DNA of 64,000 bases from Octopus sinensis (Eukaryota). Position numbers and translations under genes: made by a program. Below the pieces are notes generated by a model, which was not told where the DNA came from, did not search any database, and saw only the letters and a program-made list of their open reading frames with translations. Below are positions 41,494 to 54,327 of this stretch, one piece after another (within the stretch, counting starts at the first letter, position 1; each line of letters begins with the position of its first letter). The stretch spans positions 178,994,001-179,058,000 of the forward strand of contig NC_042998.1 of NCBI RefSeq assembly GCF_006345805.1. Direction: 5' to 3'.

Positions 41494-42687
41494 GCACAAT
41501 CTCACAATGGAAATATAGTATACGGATTCTTTTGTTCATTGGTTTACAAATCATGTACTTAGCATTAATCTATTTAAGATGATACTAGAAAGTGCTTCCT
41601 GAGAAAGGCGAGATCGTTACACAATGTTCATGCTTATGAAGCCTAGGAGAAAGAGAGAAGGACAGAAGGAAAGATTACTAAAGAGACGGAGATACTATAG
41701 AAACTTATATTGTTTAGTTAAGGATAACATTTTGTAAGGTTTTTATATTTTCATAGATACATAGAAAACATAAAAAGCAAAAGGAAGTAACATAATATGT
41801 TATATACTGGGGCATTCATTCATTGTGGAAATGATATAAGACCATTTTTATTTGTTAGTTATTTTAATTCCAAACATAATTTTGTTTATTCTTTTTTCTT
41901 TTTACATCCGTCTCTCGTCTCTATTCATCTATATAAGTTCTGAGTATGAAGGCCTATTTAACCGTGTATGAAGTCACCACATTCTTTTCAACTTCCTTTC
42001 GAGGACGTAAACTATTTACTTGAGTTCATTTCAAAGCCTACGACATTGTAAGTAATGACTGGTTGTTACTGCCACCAGGTAGCTACAATTCACACCAAAT
42101 CTCGAACCTAAATTCTAATATCTTATTTTTCTAACTATTACGCTACAAGTAAAGAATTTAACTTTAGAAAAAAAAATTACATTTGTGCCATTTAAAATCG
42201 AGGTCAATCGATAACATAACGGACACATAATTGGATGTTTTTAAACAATTTAGCATGCAAGGCACAATAAATAGCAGCTGTTACAAAAAAAAAATGTTTA
42301 TATTTCTAGAAATATTTTAAAATGATGGTAGTTATTGCATTTCTAGACATAATAGCACAAAGCTACGAGCTAGTAGGGGAATAGGTGCAGTCGATTTTAT
42401 TGACACAGAAGAAGTCCAATATTTACTTCTATCGAAATAAATGTCATGAGAAAAATCAGATCCTAATAGGGTTTAAACACTTAACATAGCTAAATGCTCT
42501 GAGTCAGAAATATTGGTTGTATATAACTTTAGTTCAGTATCCACTGTTTCTGACTCTCAGTACCTTTCAGTTTCTAAAATTAATGAAGCGTTTACTAGTT
42601 TGATGACACTGAGATAATAATATTTCAAAGAAGACGTATTCCTTTGCCATAGTTTCTATTTCATGACATTTTAAACAAGTCTGTGGT

Positions 42688-43387
42688 ATATATATATATA
42701 TATATATAGATAGATATATGTATATATATATTTCCCGAATGTTTGTAGGCGCATTCGTAATGATTTATAATAAATCTTGCGATAAAACGATAAACGTCGC
42801 CCTTTTCAAGCCTAACCAGGCTCATGGGCCCGGTTTCCCGGTTTCTGTGGCGTATGTGTTTCCCCTAGCTGAACGGGACGCCAGTCCATCGCAGCGTTAT
42901 TCAAGAAACAGGAAGAGAGAGTGAGAGAAAGTTGTGGCGAAACAGTACAACAGGGGTCGCCACCAAATCTCTGCCGGAGCCTCGTGGTGCTTTTAGGTGT
43001 TTTCGCACAATAAATGCACAGAACGCCCAGTCTGCAAATCGAAACCGTGATCCTACGACCTCGAGTCTGCTGCCCTAACCACTGGGCCATTGCGCCTCCA
43101 CATAATAAATGTTACTCACTAGAAAGTCCACGTTGAAGTGTTCTTATGAGAAGAAACCCTATTTGAAGGGCATGTGGCCGAGAGTTCAAACTAGCAGTAC
43201 TTGACACAGAGGGATAGGAATACCGGAGAAATATAAGATTTCTGAATAAAGGTTGTTTAAATATGATTATTTACAGACACAGACACACATTCACACATAT
43301 ACATATAAGCACTAACATCTCTACAGGCATTCATATTCACAGATAAACATGAAAATATATTAACGAATGCACATAACACACACACAC

Positions 43388-43434
<47 letters not shown>

Positions 43435-43466
43435 CGCACACACACACACGCGCGCACACACACACT

Positions 43467-43500
<34 letters not shown>

Positions 43501-44185
43501 TAGATATATGTATATATATATATTTCCCGAATGTTTGTAGGCGCATTCGTAATGATTTATAATAAATCTTACGATAAAACGATAAACGTCGCCCTTTTCA
43601 AGCCTAACCAGGCTCATGGGCCCGGTTTCCCGGTTTCTGTGGCGTATGTGTTTCCCCTAGCTGAACGGGACGCCAGTCCATCGCAGCGTTATTCAAGAAA
43701 CAGGAAGAGAGAGTGAGAGAAAGTTGTGGCGAAACAGTACAACAGGGGTCGCCACCAAATCTCTGCCGGAGCCTCGTGGTGCTTTTAGGTGTTTTCGCAC
43801 AATAAATGCACAGAACGCCCAGTCTGCAAATCGAAACCGTGATCCTACGACCTCGAGTCTGCTGCCCTAACCACTGGGCCATTGCGCCTCCACATAATAA
43901 ATGTTACTCACTAGAAAGTCCACGTTGAAGTGTTCTTATGAGAAGAAACCCTATTTGAAGGGCATGTGGCCGAGAGTTCAAACTAGCAGTACTTGACACA
44001 GAGGGATAGGAATACCGGAGAAATATAAGATTTCTGAATAAAGGTTGTTTAAATATGATTATTTACAGACACAGACACACATTCACACATATACATATAA
44101 GCACTAACATCTCTACAGGCATTCATATTCACAGATAAACATGAAAATATATTAACGAATGCACATAATACACACACACACACAC

Positions 44186-44247
<62 letters not shown>

Positions 44248-44280
44248 GCGCACACACACACTTACATATATATATATATA
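42688..44280. repeat. Tandem duplication, two ~792-bp near-identical units, each containing a SINE
   Basis: tttcccgaatgtttgtagg at 42731 and 43523; identical ORFs 42812-43090 and 43604-43882. Junctions fall in (TA)n. Confidence 0.93.
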
Positions 44281-44801
44281 AAAGAAAAAAATTAGCTTTG
44301 AAATAGTGCAAAATAGTCACCAAAATGATTCCCTAAAACCATATTACAACCATTGAAAAATGCTGAGAACGTCAAGCAAAATACAAGCAAAATATAAGCA
44401 CAATATAGGTAAAGTACGGTATAAGGACATATAAGGCAAAGTACGATATGAGGACGATATAAGTATCAAATTACAGATCTCCTATCAAGAATATTGTAGA
44501 GCGAATCCCAAAACTATCCATGTCCTGTTGGTGCTCCACATTTGGAGCTTGAAACTGAAAACCATTAACTCTCTTAAGCTGTAAAACATGACGGTACACC
44601 TTTCACCATCGTACGATCGTTAAAGGTGAACCCTGAACATCTAGGGTATTATTACACATACTATGTTATAATTAAACCCATAGTTGTTACACTAGTAACA
44701 CTCGGTCACCTAGCAGGAATTACAACATAAGAACGACTTCATAAACATCGAAGCAGCTTCCCCCATGACCATTAGTATTATTATTATTAATATTATTATT
44801 A

Positions 44802-44850
<49 letters not shown>

Positions 44851-44851
<1 letters not shown>

Positions 44852-45405
44852 GAGTGAGAGAGCAGTGCATGCCATCAAAGTGACACTGGGGTAAAATATA
44901 CGTAGCCCAGTATACCCATCATGACTACCCGTCTGATAAGGGTACACTAAGCACATGCATCACAACCATATATGCGCGACATGGTGATCTCATATCAAGA
45001 TAAACAGCACATGACCTTGCAGGTGGGGCCCAGTTAGAATTTTCTTCTGGTCGAGTAACCCATCCCGCTCAAAAGGTCTCTGAATAAGGGTTGTTTAAGG
45101 ATGTTGAACGAAACACCCATGTTTCCAGAGGTGAATTATTCAAACCCCAAAGAATCCCTCTCAGCACATGGCTATGATGCTCCCCTACTACTACTTCTCA
45201 TGATCAGAGATGCACATATCGTCAGCCTCTAAAGGACATGCTCAACTGATTAAGGTCAAACAACTGACAAGAAAATCTGTGGTATTGAGCAGAATATTTG
45301 CTGTAGCCCATCTTTTATACCAAGACAAAACAATGTACATGATAACACTTCCAATCAGTTAAGATCAGAAACCACGAGAACCACTGCCTGGTACTGCATC
45401 AGGGC

Positions 45406-45407
<2 letters not shown>
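44851..45407. mobile_element. Unclassified ~560-bp insertion between (TTA)n tracts
   Basis: More GC-rich, non-coding block bounded sharply by long (TTA)n on both sides. Confidence 0.5.
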
Positions 45408-45463
<56 letters not shown>

Positions 45464-45564
45464 TTATTGTCTTTGCACAGCTTTTAACGTTGGAGATGTA
45501 CTACGGTGTCAGCTGTTCACTACCAGTACATCTCCAGCGTTAGAAGCTCTGCAAAGACAACAAC

Positions 45565-45615
<51 letters not shown>

Positions 45616-45617
45616 TT
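45407..45617. repeat. Palindrome: (TTA)n + 36-bp stem + 22-nt loop + stem + (TAA)n
   Basis: 45467-45502 is largely complementary to 45525-45560. Confidence 0.88.
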
Positions 45618-45619
45618 AA

Positions 45620-45875
45620 TCTCAAGAAAAGATCCAGCATCTTTGACCTTTGCAGGCACCTGCTATATTCGGGGTGATGGTCGTGGAGCGGTGTTTGTAG
45701 TAGATATTCCATCTCGGACGTACGCATAGAAAACGTTGGCAAGAAGAGTTGCAGAGGTCTGCAGCTCTAGGATGAAAGGATGAATAAAACCTTTTAATGT
45801 GTGGTTTGGGTGATGGAAACACAATAGAGGATGCCGAATATTGATGGTGTACAGCTTGCTAGTGAGAAAAGCGGA

Positions 45876-45906
<31 letters not shown>

Positions 45907-46010
45907 AAGTTAGGCGCAGAAGGACAGCAAGAGGAGACAGTGCGGTTTTGGGAAAGTATTTGTAGCGTGTTGCAGTAGCAATAGAAGACATGTAGGGAAA
46001 ACGTTCATAT
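45620..46010 (-). mobile_element. Possible Jockey/CR1-like LINE 3' relic
   Basis: RFYSSFHPRAADLCNS resembles the SF.PR...LWNSLP RT C-terminal motif; ends at a (TAA)n tract. Confidence 0.4.
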
Positions 46011-47803
46011 CGTGGATTAGCAGATGTGAATACAGTGAAGAATAAACAAGACGAATTAATGCAAAGCCTTTAATTCTATACCCCAATTATCGTTTCTCAC
46101 TCGTACCTTATACCTGCAATCATCCGGGCCATCGAGTGGGCCTTTATGCTGTGCTCGAACTGCTAGAAATAGCAGTAAAATCTCTTACAAATCACATTCT
46201 ACTGTATAGGGAAAGGGAAGCACACAATGGATAATGTTCTCTTACATATAACCCTAAAATAGATCAGATGGTCATAGTTGGAACACCTTTGGCCATAAGT
46301 CTGCTCAGTCAGAGCTTAATAACCATGGCAAAAATAAACTTGTGATCATCAATATTTTGTCCGTACTGTAGGCTATGTAAGAAATTACAGACAGAAAGGA
46401 CGGAATTCTTCGGAAAAGGGCGAGACAAGCTTCATTCACCTCTTACAATGAATAAATATATCGGTGAAAGAGTAACAGTCTACTAGACATTCTGGAATTG
46501 TTGATGACCATAACGATGCCGTATCGAATCGTCGGTTGAGAATAGAATCAAAATAACCGAGAGGATATTGTATTGAACAATCTGCTCATAGTCCATCGGT
46601 TCGAATCGATTGCTGGTATTTCGTTTGTTTCTGGACCGGGTATTATAATCTACGTGCTGTTGGGAATAAACGCCTGCACATTTAGAGAAGTTGCATACAA
46701 CTAACTAGACTTCCTTCTAACTTCTCAAAAGAAGCAAATGGAATTAAATATACAGGCTCAAAAAGACTCCTGCTTTCTGAATGGTCTAATCAACGATCGG
46801 ACTAACAAAATTCACATCTTTCCTCCCTCACTTCGTCGAGGTCAAGGCCAAAACAATTCGTTTCTTGATGGTTCTGTTTATCTAGTGCTAAATGAGTGTC
46901 ATACGTAAAAACTATTCACTGCTGCAGGTAGTTGGAGCACAATAAACTAAATGAGTGTTCATTAGTTGGTTCACATAACGAAGTCCATCTCTAGTCTGGG
47001 CAATAACAGAATCTTTCGTGCAGATATGGTTCAAAGTTAATTCGCAGATTCAAGATTTGAATCTAACATTTTGAGCCAACTGATTTCTCCCTCTCTCTCA
47101 CACACTGACACACACAGCGTGCGCACATATACGCACACGCACATATTTGATGCTCTGAGTCCAGGCAAGATCTTAGTCATATTTTATACTGTCACTCTTT
47201 GTGGTAAACTGCACAATTCACTGAATCGTAGAAGAGCCATTAAAAGTTTTGTTTTCGTACGGTGAAAGCAAATCAGTTGGCCAAGCTTCCCCAGAGGGTG
47301 AGATGAGTCAGTATGGCAAACTAAAGAAACACTCGTTAATTTTTTAGTGGTACCGCTGATATGTCGCAGCGACCTGTACTTCTTTAGATGGTCACTTATT
47401 CTAGTGTAAAAGAAACACGTGATGTTTCAAGCACACAAAAGATATAGTAAATAAGATATTGTGATGTTCATTATATTTTCTTAGAAGAGTTTCAAATGGG
47501 AGTCGCGACCGCGACGTTATACAATGTGCACTTATCTTAACAAATGTTGGCTTACGTATAAAGATTTCGTTTTACTGGATAGAAAGATACAAGGAAGCGA
47601 TGTGGTCAACTGGGATGAAAGACAGTACTAGTAGGATTTGAACTGGGAATGTAAAAAGATATAACTAAATGCTGTGAGGCATTCAATAGGAAAATAAATA
47701 AAAATTACGAAGTAAATGCATGCTGTTTGGGGTGGGTTTGAACATGTAGACCAACGGAAAGCGAAGCATTGTCAGCAAGTTAACAACAACGTATTCTACT
47801 CAC

Positions 47804-50800
47804 ATGAAGTTGTCTTTGTTTTTTTACCTCCTTTCGGTAAAACACGACGACCGTCAGCAGCTTGATCACCGATCGGCTTATATTTAGATTCCACTTGTTT
47901 TTTAACATCACGTCTATCCTTTGTTTCTGTCGGCGACCTGCCACTACGTCTTACTAAGTGAGCATTGCTTGTCTCTAAGGTAATCGGTTCCTTCGCCCGT
48001 TTTTTGATCATAATATTCGATTCATTCCCCGATACAGTTGATGTGCGGTCATTGCCATCTTTCCTCAAATGTGTACCTTTTGATGAATCCTTTATTGTAT
48101 CTTCATTGTTGGGATAATCGAACAAACGTGATTGCGACGGCGAAAGAACTGGTCTTTTATTACCTGAAAAACTTGCTTTTTTAACTCTTATCGGGACTTT
48201 TGAAGATTTTTTTGATGCAACGACTGTTTTGGGAGAATTTGTTGAGTCAAGGAAAGTTTCAGCATTGAGTGTCCTTGATTGAGTTAAAGGATTTCTGTCA
48301 ATATTAGTTTGTACCTTTTGTTCAGTTTCTAGTGAATCATCACTTAGATATTCATTAGAAGTCGACCGTTCACTGCTGAGCGGATATTCTTGCTGAAACA
48401 TTGGATTATCAGCAACGTTCGTGATCTCACCTAAATGTGGCCAGCGTTTCAAAGAATTTCCTTCTTGTAATGTATTATCTTGATCGAGAGACTGACCTTT
48501 TGTTGGGAGCTTACTTGAGGTTCTCTGATCTTCAGTGTCAGGAAATGATGTCGACCTACTTATATTTTCTGTCGAATTTAATTTAGGCTTAGTCTGAACG
48601 AACGAATCACCATCATTATTAAAAATTAGTTTCGAGTTTTGAGCTGCCAGTTTCCTTTGTACATCTTCCGACACGACGTCATCGTCGATAATATCTGACC
48701 AGTTTGGAGAATTAGAAACTGTATCCAGATCAACTCCATCAGTATCAAGCATCTTTGGATGATAAGACTCAGCTCGCGAAAATTCACCATCATCTGTGGT
48801 GGTATCTTTAACGGGAGTTTTCTCTGGCTTTTTAAGACTGAACAAAGCCCTAAATTTGTTATACCATGGGACAGTTTTTTTTACCGCATTCTCTTTGTTG
48901 TCAGCTTCACTTGACATTGGGGGAGTAGTGCTTTCTGCATTATCCTTCTGCTCTGGTGGGAACTCTGATTCAGATAATTGTGAACTTGTGTAGAGACTGC
49001 TGCTTTCGAACAATGAGTCATTATCTTCACTTTCATTATAGTTATTTGGTTTCTGATAAATTGTACTGTCTTCTTGAATATTTTTTGATGGAATGTATGG
49101 TGGTGGAGTTTTGTAAAAGGTGGATGGAGAAGAAGATGTCGAATTCAAATTTGATGTCTTCTTCCCGTCGGAGTAGTATTTGTCTTCATCTATTCCTTGG
49201 ATGCCATCACTACTTAAATCATTAACATTGCTGTTTGTCGGCGCTAATCCTGTCAGATGTTTTCCTTTGTTCGTATTGTAGAACTTGTCAAAAGGATTAT
49301 ATTCATTATCGTCACTTTCCCCCGTAATTATGTCTTCACGATCATGAGATCTTTCTTCTTTAGATAACTCTTCTTCTGAGTCCTCACTGAGAGTTTTGTC
49401 GCTTTGTCGCCTTTCTATCTTTTTCTTACTATTAATATTTGGAGAATGAGTTGAAATATTTTTTACTGGTTTCAGAACATCTCTTCTGATCGTTGTATCA
49501 TCTCCATCAGAAGGTTCAGATTTATCGAGAATGCTACTACTATCATCTCCATCTTTACGATCAGCAGTTCCATCACCATCATTCTCATCTCCATTGCGGA
49601 CATCTGAAGCTTCCTCCTTTTCCTTTGCATCATTTTTCTTTTTATCAGATTTGAAAGAGAACATCGAAGAGAGTTTTGTGCGAAAGCGTGAAAAGGAAGT
49701 AGAACGTGAAGGAGAAGATTTTTTGTCAGATTCCGTTTCAGGAGAATTTAGATTTGATTTACTGTCGGTACTCTCTTCGTCTGATGCCTTCTGTGGATCA
49801 GGGTCTAATTTGTCTAGCAAATCTACAATAGAATCATTATTGTATTTGTCACGTTTCTTGTTCTCAGGTGAACTTGACTCGCTCTGGAATTCTTCGTTTT
49901 CTGGATACTGTTCTGTCGAGGGTTCAAGAATAGTACTTTTTATATTCGGTTTGGCATAAATTGGTGGACATTTCTGCACTTCTGCTGCATCTGTCATATA
50001 TTGATCAACAGGTAGTGTAGAATCTACTAAGGCTACTTTGCTGCTTGGTTGGAAATTTTCGGTAGCTTCGACTGTTTTGCCATTCTTAGTTCTAAAAGAT
50101 GAATTTTTGGTGTTGTTACCTGGTTTTTCTTTGGTTACACCAACAATATCCTTGTTTGATTTCAATGTACCTCTGTTCACTGAATGCAAAGCAGCATTTA
50201 GGTTCTGAGTATCATTAGATGCTTCGAAAGTAATTGATTTATCAGGATCATTAAAATGACGGTCAAAGACTCTGTTATCTACTGCCTTGTTTTTATCTGA
50301 TTTGCCATTTCTTTCGGATGTTTCTCGATCATTAGCACTAGAAACGTTACTTGTCGTTTCTTCTGGTGTATTATCTATTTCACTGGAACTATCTTCATTT
50401 GTAGAATCTTTTGTGAAAACAGAACGAAGTTTATTTCGGAAATTTGTGAAAGATCCCTTTTCGTTCGGACTTTCTGGGGACGTTTTGTCTAACCGTTCTT
50501 GGTCTGTGAGTGTTTCTCCATCAGAAACGTCCACTGTATCACCGGATGTAGCATCAATTTCGTTAGAACTATCTTCATTGTCAGAATCTTTTGCGAAAAC
50601 AGATTGGACTTTGTTTCGAAAGTTTTTGAAAGGATTTCTCTTTTCTTTCGGACTTCTAGGGGAATCTATGTCCGAATTTTCCTGCTGGTCTGTGGGTGTT
50701 TCCTCATCACTATGATCAGAGACATTTCCCGTTTGCGTGTCATCAAGTACAGAATCCATTTCTTTGGAACTATCTTCATTGTCAGAACCTTTTGCGAAAA

Positions 50801-53733
50801 CGGAGCGGATTTTGTGTCGGAAACTTTTGGAAGGTTTGTTTTCGTTCGAATTTTTTGGCGAATTTATGTCGGAATGTTCATGTTGGTCTGAGGACGTTTC
50901 TTCATCACTATGATCAGAAATGCTGCGTGTTGTTGAATCGATTTCTTTGGAACTATCTTCATTGTCAGAACCTTTTGTGAAAACAGAGCGGATTTTGTGT
51001 CGGAAACTTTTAGGTTTGTTTTCGTTCGAATTTTCTGGCGAATTTCTGTCGGAATGTTCATATTGGTCTGTGGATATTTCTTCATTATTATGATCAGAAA
51101 TGTTGCCTGTTGTTGAATCATCAACTGTTGCATCGATTTCTTTGGAACTGTCTTCATCGTCAGAACCTTTTGCGAAAACAGAGCGGATTTTGTGTCGGAA
51201 ACTTTTAGAAGGTTTGTTTTCGTTCGAATTTTCTGGCGAATTTCTGTCGGAATGTTCATGTTGGTCTGAGGACGTTTCTTCATTATTATGATCAGAAATG
51301 TTGCCTGTTGTTGAATCATCAACTGTTGCATCGATTTCTTTGGAACTATCTTCATTGTCAGAATCTTTTGCGAAAACAGAACGGACTTTGTTTCGCAAAT
51401 TGTTGAAAGGTTTTCTCTTTTCTTTTGGACCTCCTGGGGAATTTATGTCAGAAGATTCATGCTGGTCTGTGGACGTTTCCTCATCCGTTTGATCGGAAAC
51501 ATTTCCTGTCGTTGTGTTATCAAATGTAGAATCCATTTCATTGGAACTATCTTCATTGTCGGAGTCTTTTGTGAAAGCAGAACGAACTTTTTCTCGGAAG
51601 TTTTTAAAGAGTTTTCTGTTACCGCTGGGATTTTCTGGAGAATTTTTCTCTACGTCTCCTTGATTGTCTGAAGGTGTTTCTTCTTCACTATCACCAGAAA
51701 CGTCACCTTTCTTTACATCAGGTGTATCATTCATTTCATTGGAACTAACTTCATTATCAGAGTCTTTTGTGAAAACAGGACGGATTTTCTTTCGGAAGTT
51801 TTTGAAAAGTTTTCTGCTTTCCTTCGGACTTCTAGGGGAATTTTTGTCTGAATCTTCTTGCTGGTCTGTGGGTGTTTCTTCATCACTTTGATCAGAAACG
51901 TTACCTTTTCTTGCATCAGGCGTAGCATCCATTTCATTAGAACTATCTTCATTGTCAGAATCTTTTGTGAAAACAGATTGGACTTTGTTTCGAAAGTTTT
52001 TGAAAGGATTTCTCTTTTCTTTCGGACTTCTAGGGGAATCTATGTCCGAATTTTCCTGCTGGTCTGTGGGCATTTCCTCGTTACTATGATCAGAAGCATT
52101 TCCCATTTGCGTGTCATCAAGTGTAGCATCGGTTTCATTGAAATTAACATCATTGTCAGTGTCCTTTGTGGAAGCAGGACGGATTTTTTTTCGGAAATTT
52201 TTGAAAGGTGTTCTGTTTTCGTCCGAATTTTCTGAAGAATTTTTGTGTAAATCTTCCAGCTGGTCTGCAGATGTCTCTTCTTCACTATGATCAGAAACAT
52301 TTTTTCTCCTATCGTCAAGTGAAACACCCATTTCACTGGAACTGTCTTCATTGTCAGAATCCTTTGCGAAAACAGAGCTGACTTTATTTCGGATATTTTT
52401 GAAAAAGTTTTTATTTTCTTTTGGATTTTCAGAGGAATCTTCGTCTGATTGCTCCTTTTGGCCATCTTCAGAATTTTCTAAATTAATAAGAGGAGCATTA
52501 TTGAGTCTATTCTGTGTATTGGTATTATCGTTTGAAGAGATAGAACCATATGTTCCCTCATCTTCTAAAATAGTTTTGTTTGATTGATCAGTAAATTTAC
52601 TATTAGATACATTTTGGTCAAATATTCCGTTGTTGTCTGGAATATTTTTTCTATTAATCATGCGCGATTCATCACCATTGACATCATTTTTACGATCATT
52701 CTTTGACGCTTGATCAGCAGTAAAACTGCTTGCAACCTCACGAGAATTAAGAGAATAATCTTCTCTTGAATATCCAAATTAGAACATGAATCATTCCAAT
52801 GGGTGTCATTTCCAACATCGGCAACTATTTCGTTTGGATCTTTAACTCTTAGAACTCTGTCTGCTGCCTGGTTATAGTCTTTTAATTCTCTACTTGTGTT
52901 GTGACTATCTTGAGTGGGGTACTGTTTATGTTTCGACTCAGAATAAGAATTCCCAACTTTATCTTCATTAGTTCCGATTAAATCTGAATAATTGTTTTTG
53001 TTACCTGACCCCGACTCATTTTGACAATTTGTAATGCTTGGTAAAATGTTATCTTCACTATTTGGGGTTGTTTTAAGGGTTTCATTTTCGATTGCTTTCT
53101 GTGTTACATTCAGCTGAATGGGTTTTATAAAGAAGTTTGTATAATCACCAAATCCCGTAGGCGTCATATTTAATTGGGTACGATAAGATATCATTTTTTC
53201 TTCTGCTCGATCTAAGCTGTAATTTACTAAGTCTGTTTTGGAATCGTCTCTTTCCTGATAGTCGTTGGAAAAGTAGAGATTACTATCACAGACACTTTCT
53301 GCAGGAAATATTTGCCCTTTTGTCTCAGAGCATTTGTCCTGATCCATTTTTCTTGAGCTGTTACTCTTTGACTGAGACAAACGTTTTGGTGAAGATGACC
53401 TGTTATTAGTTTTGATGGTACATGGTAAATTTGATTTAGTATCAACAGTATCCGAGTTGGTTTTGGTGTTGCTACTCAACTTTGTTTGTTTGCTTTGAGA
53501 TATAGCACTTTTGGGATGATATTTTTCTGGCTGACTCGAACATTCTTTTGGATTGTTTGATTTAACTGGTTTTTGATGGGACAAGGGTATTCGAGATTTA
53601 CTTTCAAGGCTCTGCTTTCTTCCACCATCAAGTGGATTTGCCATATGTCGGTCTCTAGAAATTGATCTAGAAGTACGAGATTGTTTTCTGCTTTGGGAAA
53701 CACTTCTTTCTCTCTGACGCAACACAGGTGCCG
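47804..53733 (-). CDS. Giant coding exon (~1977 aa; S/D/E/N/K-rich disordered region with 11 tandem repeats), one 1-nt frameshift near 52760-52780; possibly the N-terminal part of the FBXO41-like gene
   Basis: Joins ORFs 52658-53725 and 47796-52661. Acceptor cttacag|CG at 53733, donor T|gtgagt at 47804. 5930 bp + 1 missing base = 5931, a multiple of 3 (phase 1 to 1). Confidence 0.8.
50330..52460 (-). repeat. Coding tandem repeat, 11 units of ~190-205 bp (~65-68 aa)
   Basis: Recurrent motif F(K/N)(N/S)FR(N/K/H)K(V/I)RSVF(A/T)K(D/G)SDNEDSS. Long nucleotide stretches near 50632 and 52006 are identical. Confidence 0.95.
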
Positions 53734-54007
53734 CTGTAAGTTGAAAAACATAAAATCAATTGAAGGATCGCGTTTATTCCGATATAATTGTATTCACTCG
53801 TTGCTAGCTATATTATTATATCTGGAGCTACCAACAGGAAAAGACTTTAATCTTTTGATATTGGATCGGTTAGGATTATATGTAAGTAGCGATGGAAAGT
53901 TTTATAGATATAAGCTTTCATGGAGATTCATCAGAAATATATTCATAAGTATTTCGTTTTTGGATTTGGTTTGCAAGATTCTTTATATGAGTTCGTGTGT
54001 TGAAGCA

Positions 54008-54327
54008 TATTCTGTTGTGTCTGGGGAGAGTCATTTTCTTTTTGTGCCTTGTAATGTAACACACTCACCGGTAAAATTTCCACATTTCTTATTTTTATTT
54101 TCCAAAAATTTTCCTAAAATTTTCGTTGCATCATGTAACATTTTCAATGCGTACAAAAGGGAACGCAGTGTAAATAACGGACAGAGTCAAGACTATTGAA
54201 AAGGATGCAAGACGCAACGAAAATTTTAGGAAAATAAAAATAAGAAGTAAGTGGAAATTTTATCGGTGAGTGTGTTACATTATAAGGCACAAAAAGAAAA
54301 TGACTCTCCTCAGACATAACAGAATTC
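54008..54327. repeat. Inverted repeat, ~140-bp arms, ~45-nt spacer
   Basis: gagagtcattttctttttgtgccttgtaatgtaacacactcacc vs ggtgagtgtgttacattataaggcacaaaaagaaaatgactctc. Confidence 0.9.

Noticed and set aside
48796-52587. Plus-strand and alternative-frame ORFs over the giant exon
   Set aside because: Shadows of the biased, repetitive minus-strand ORF.
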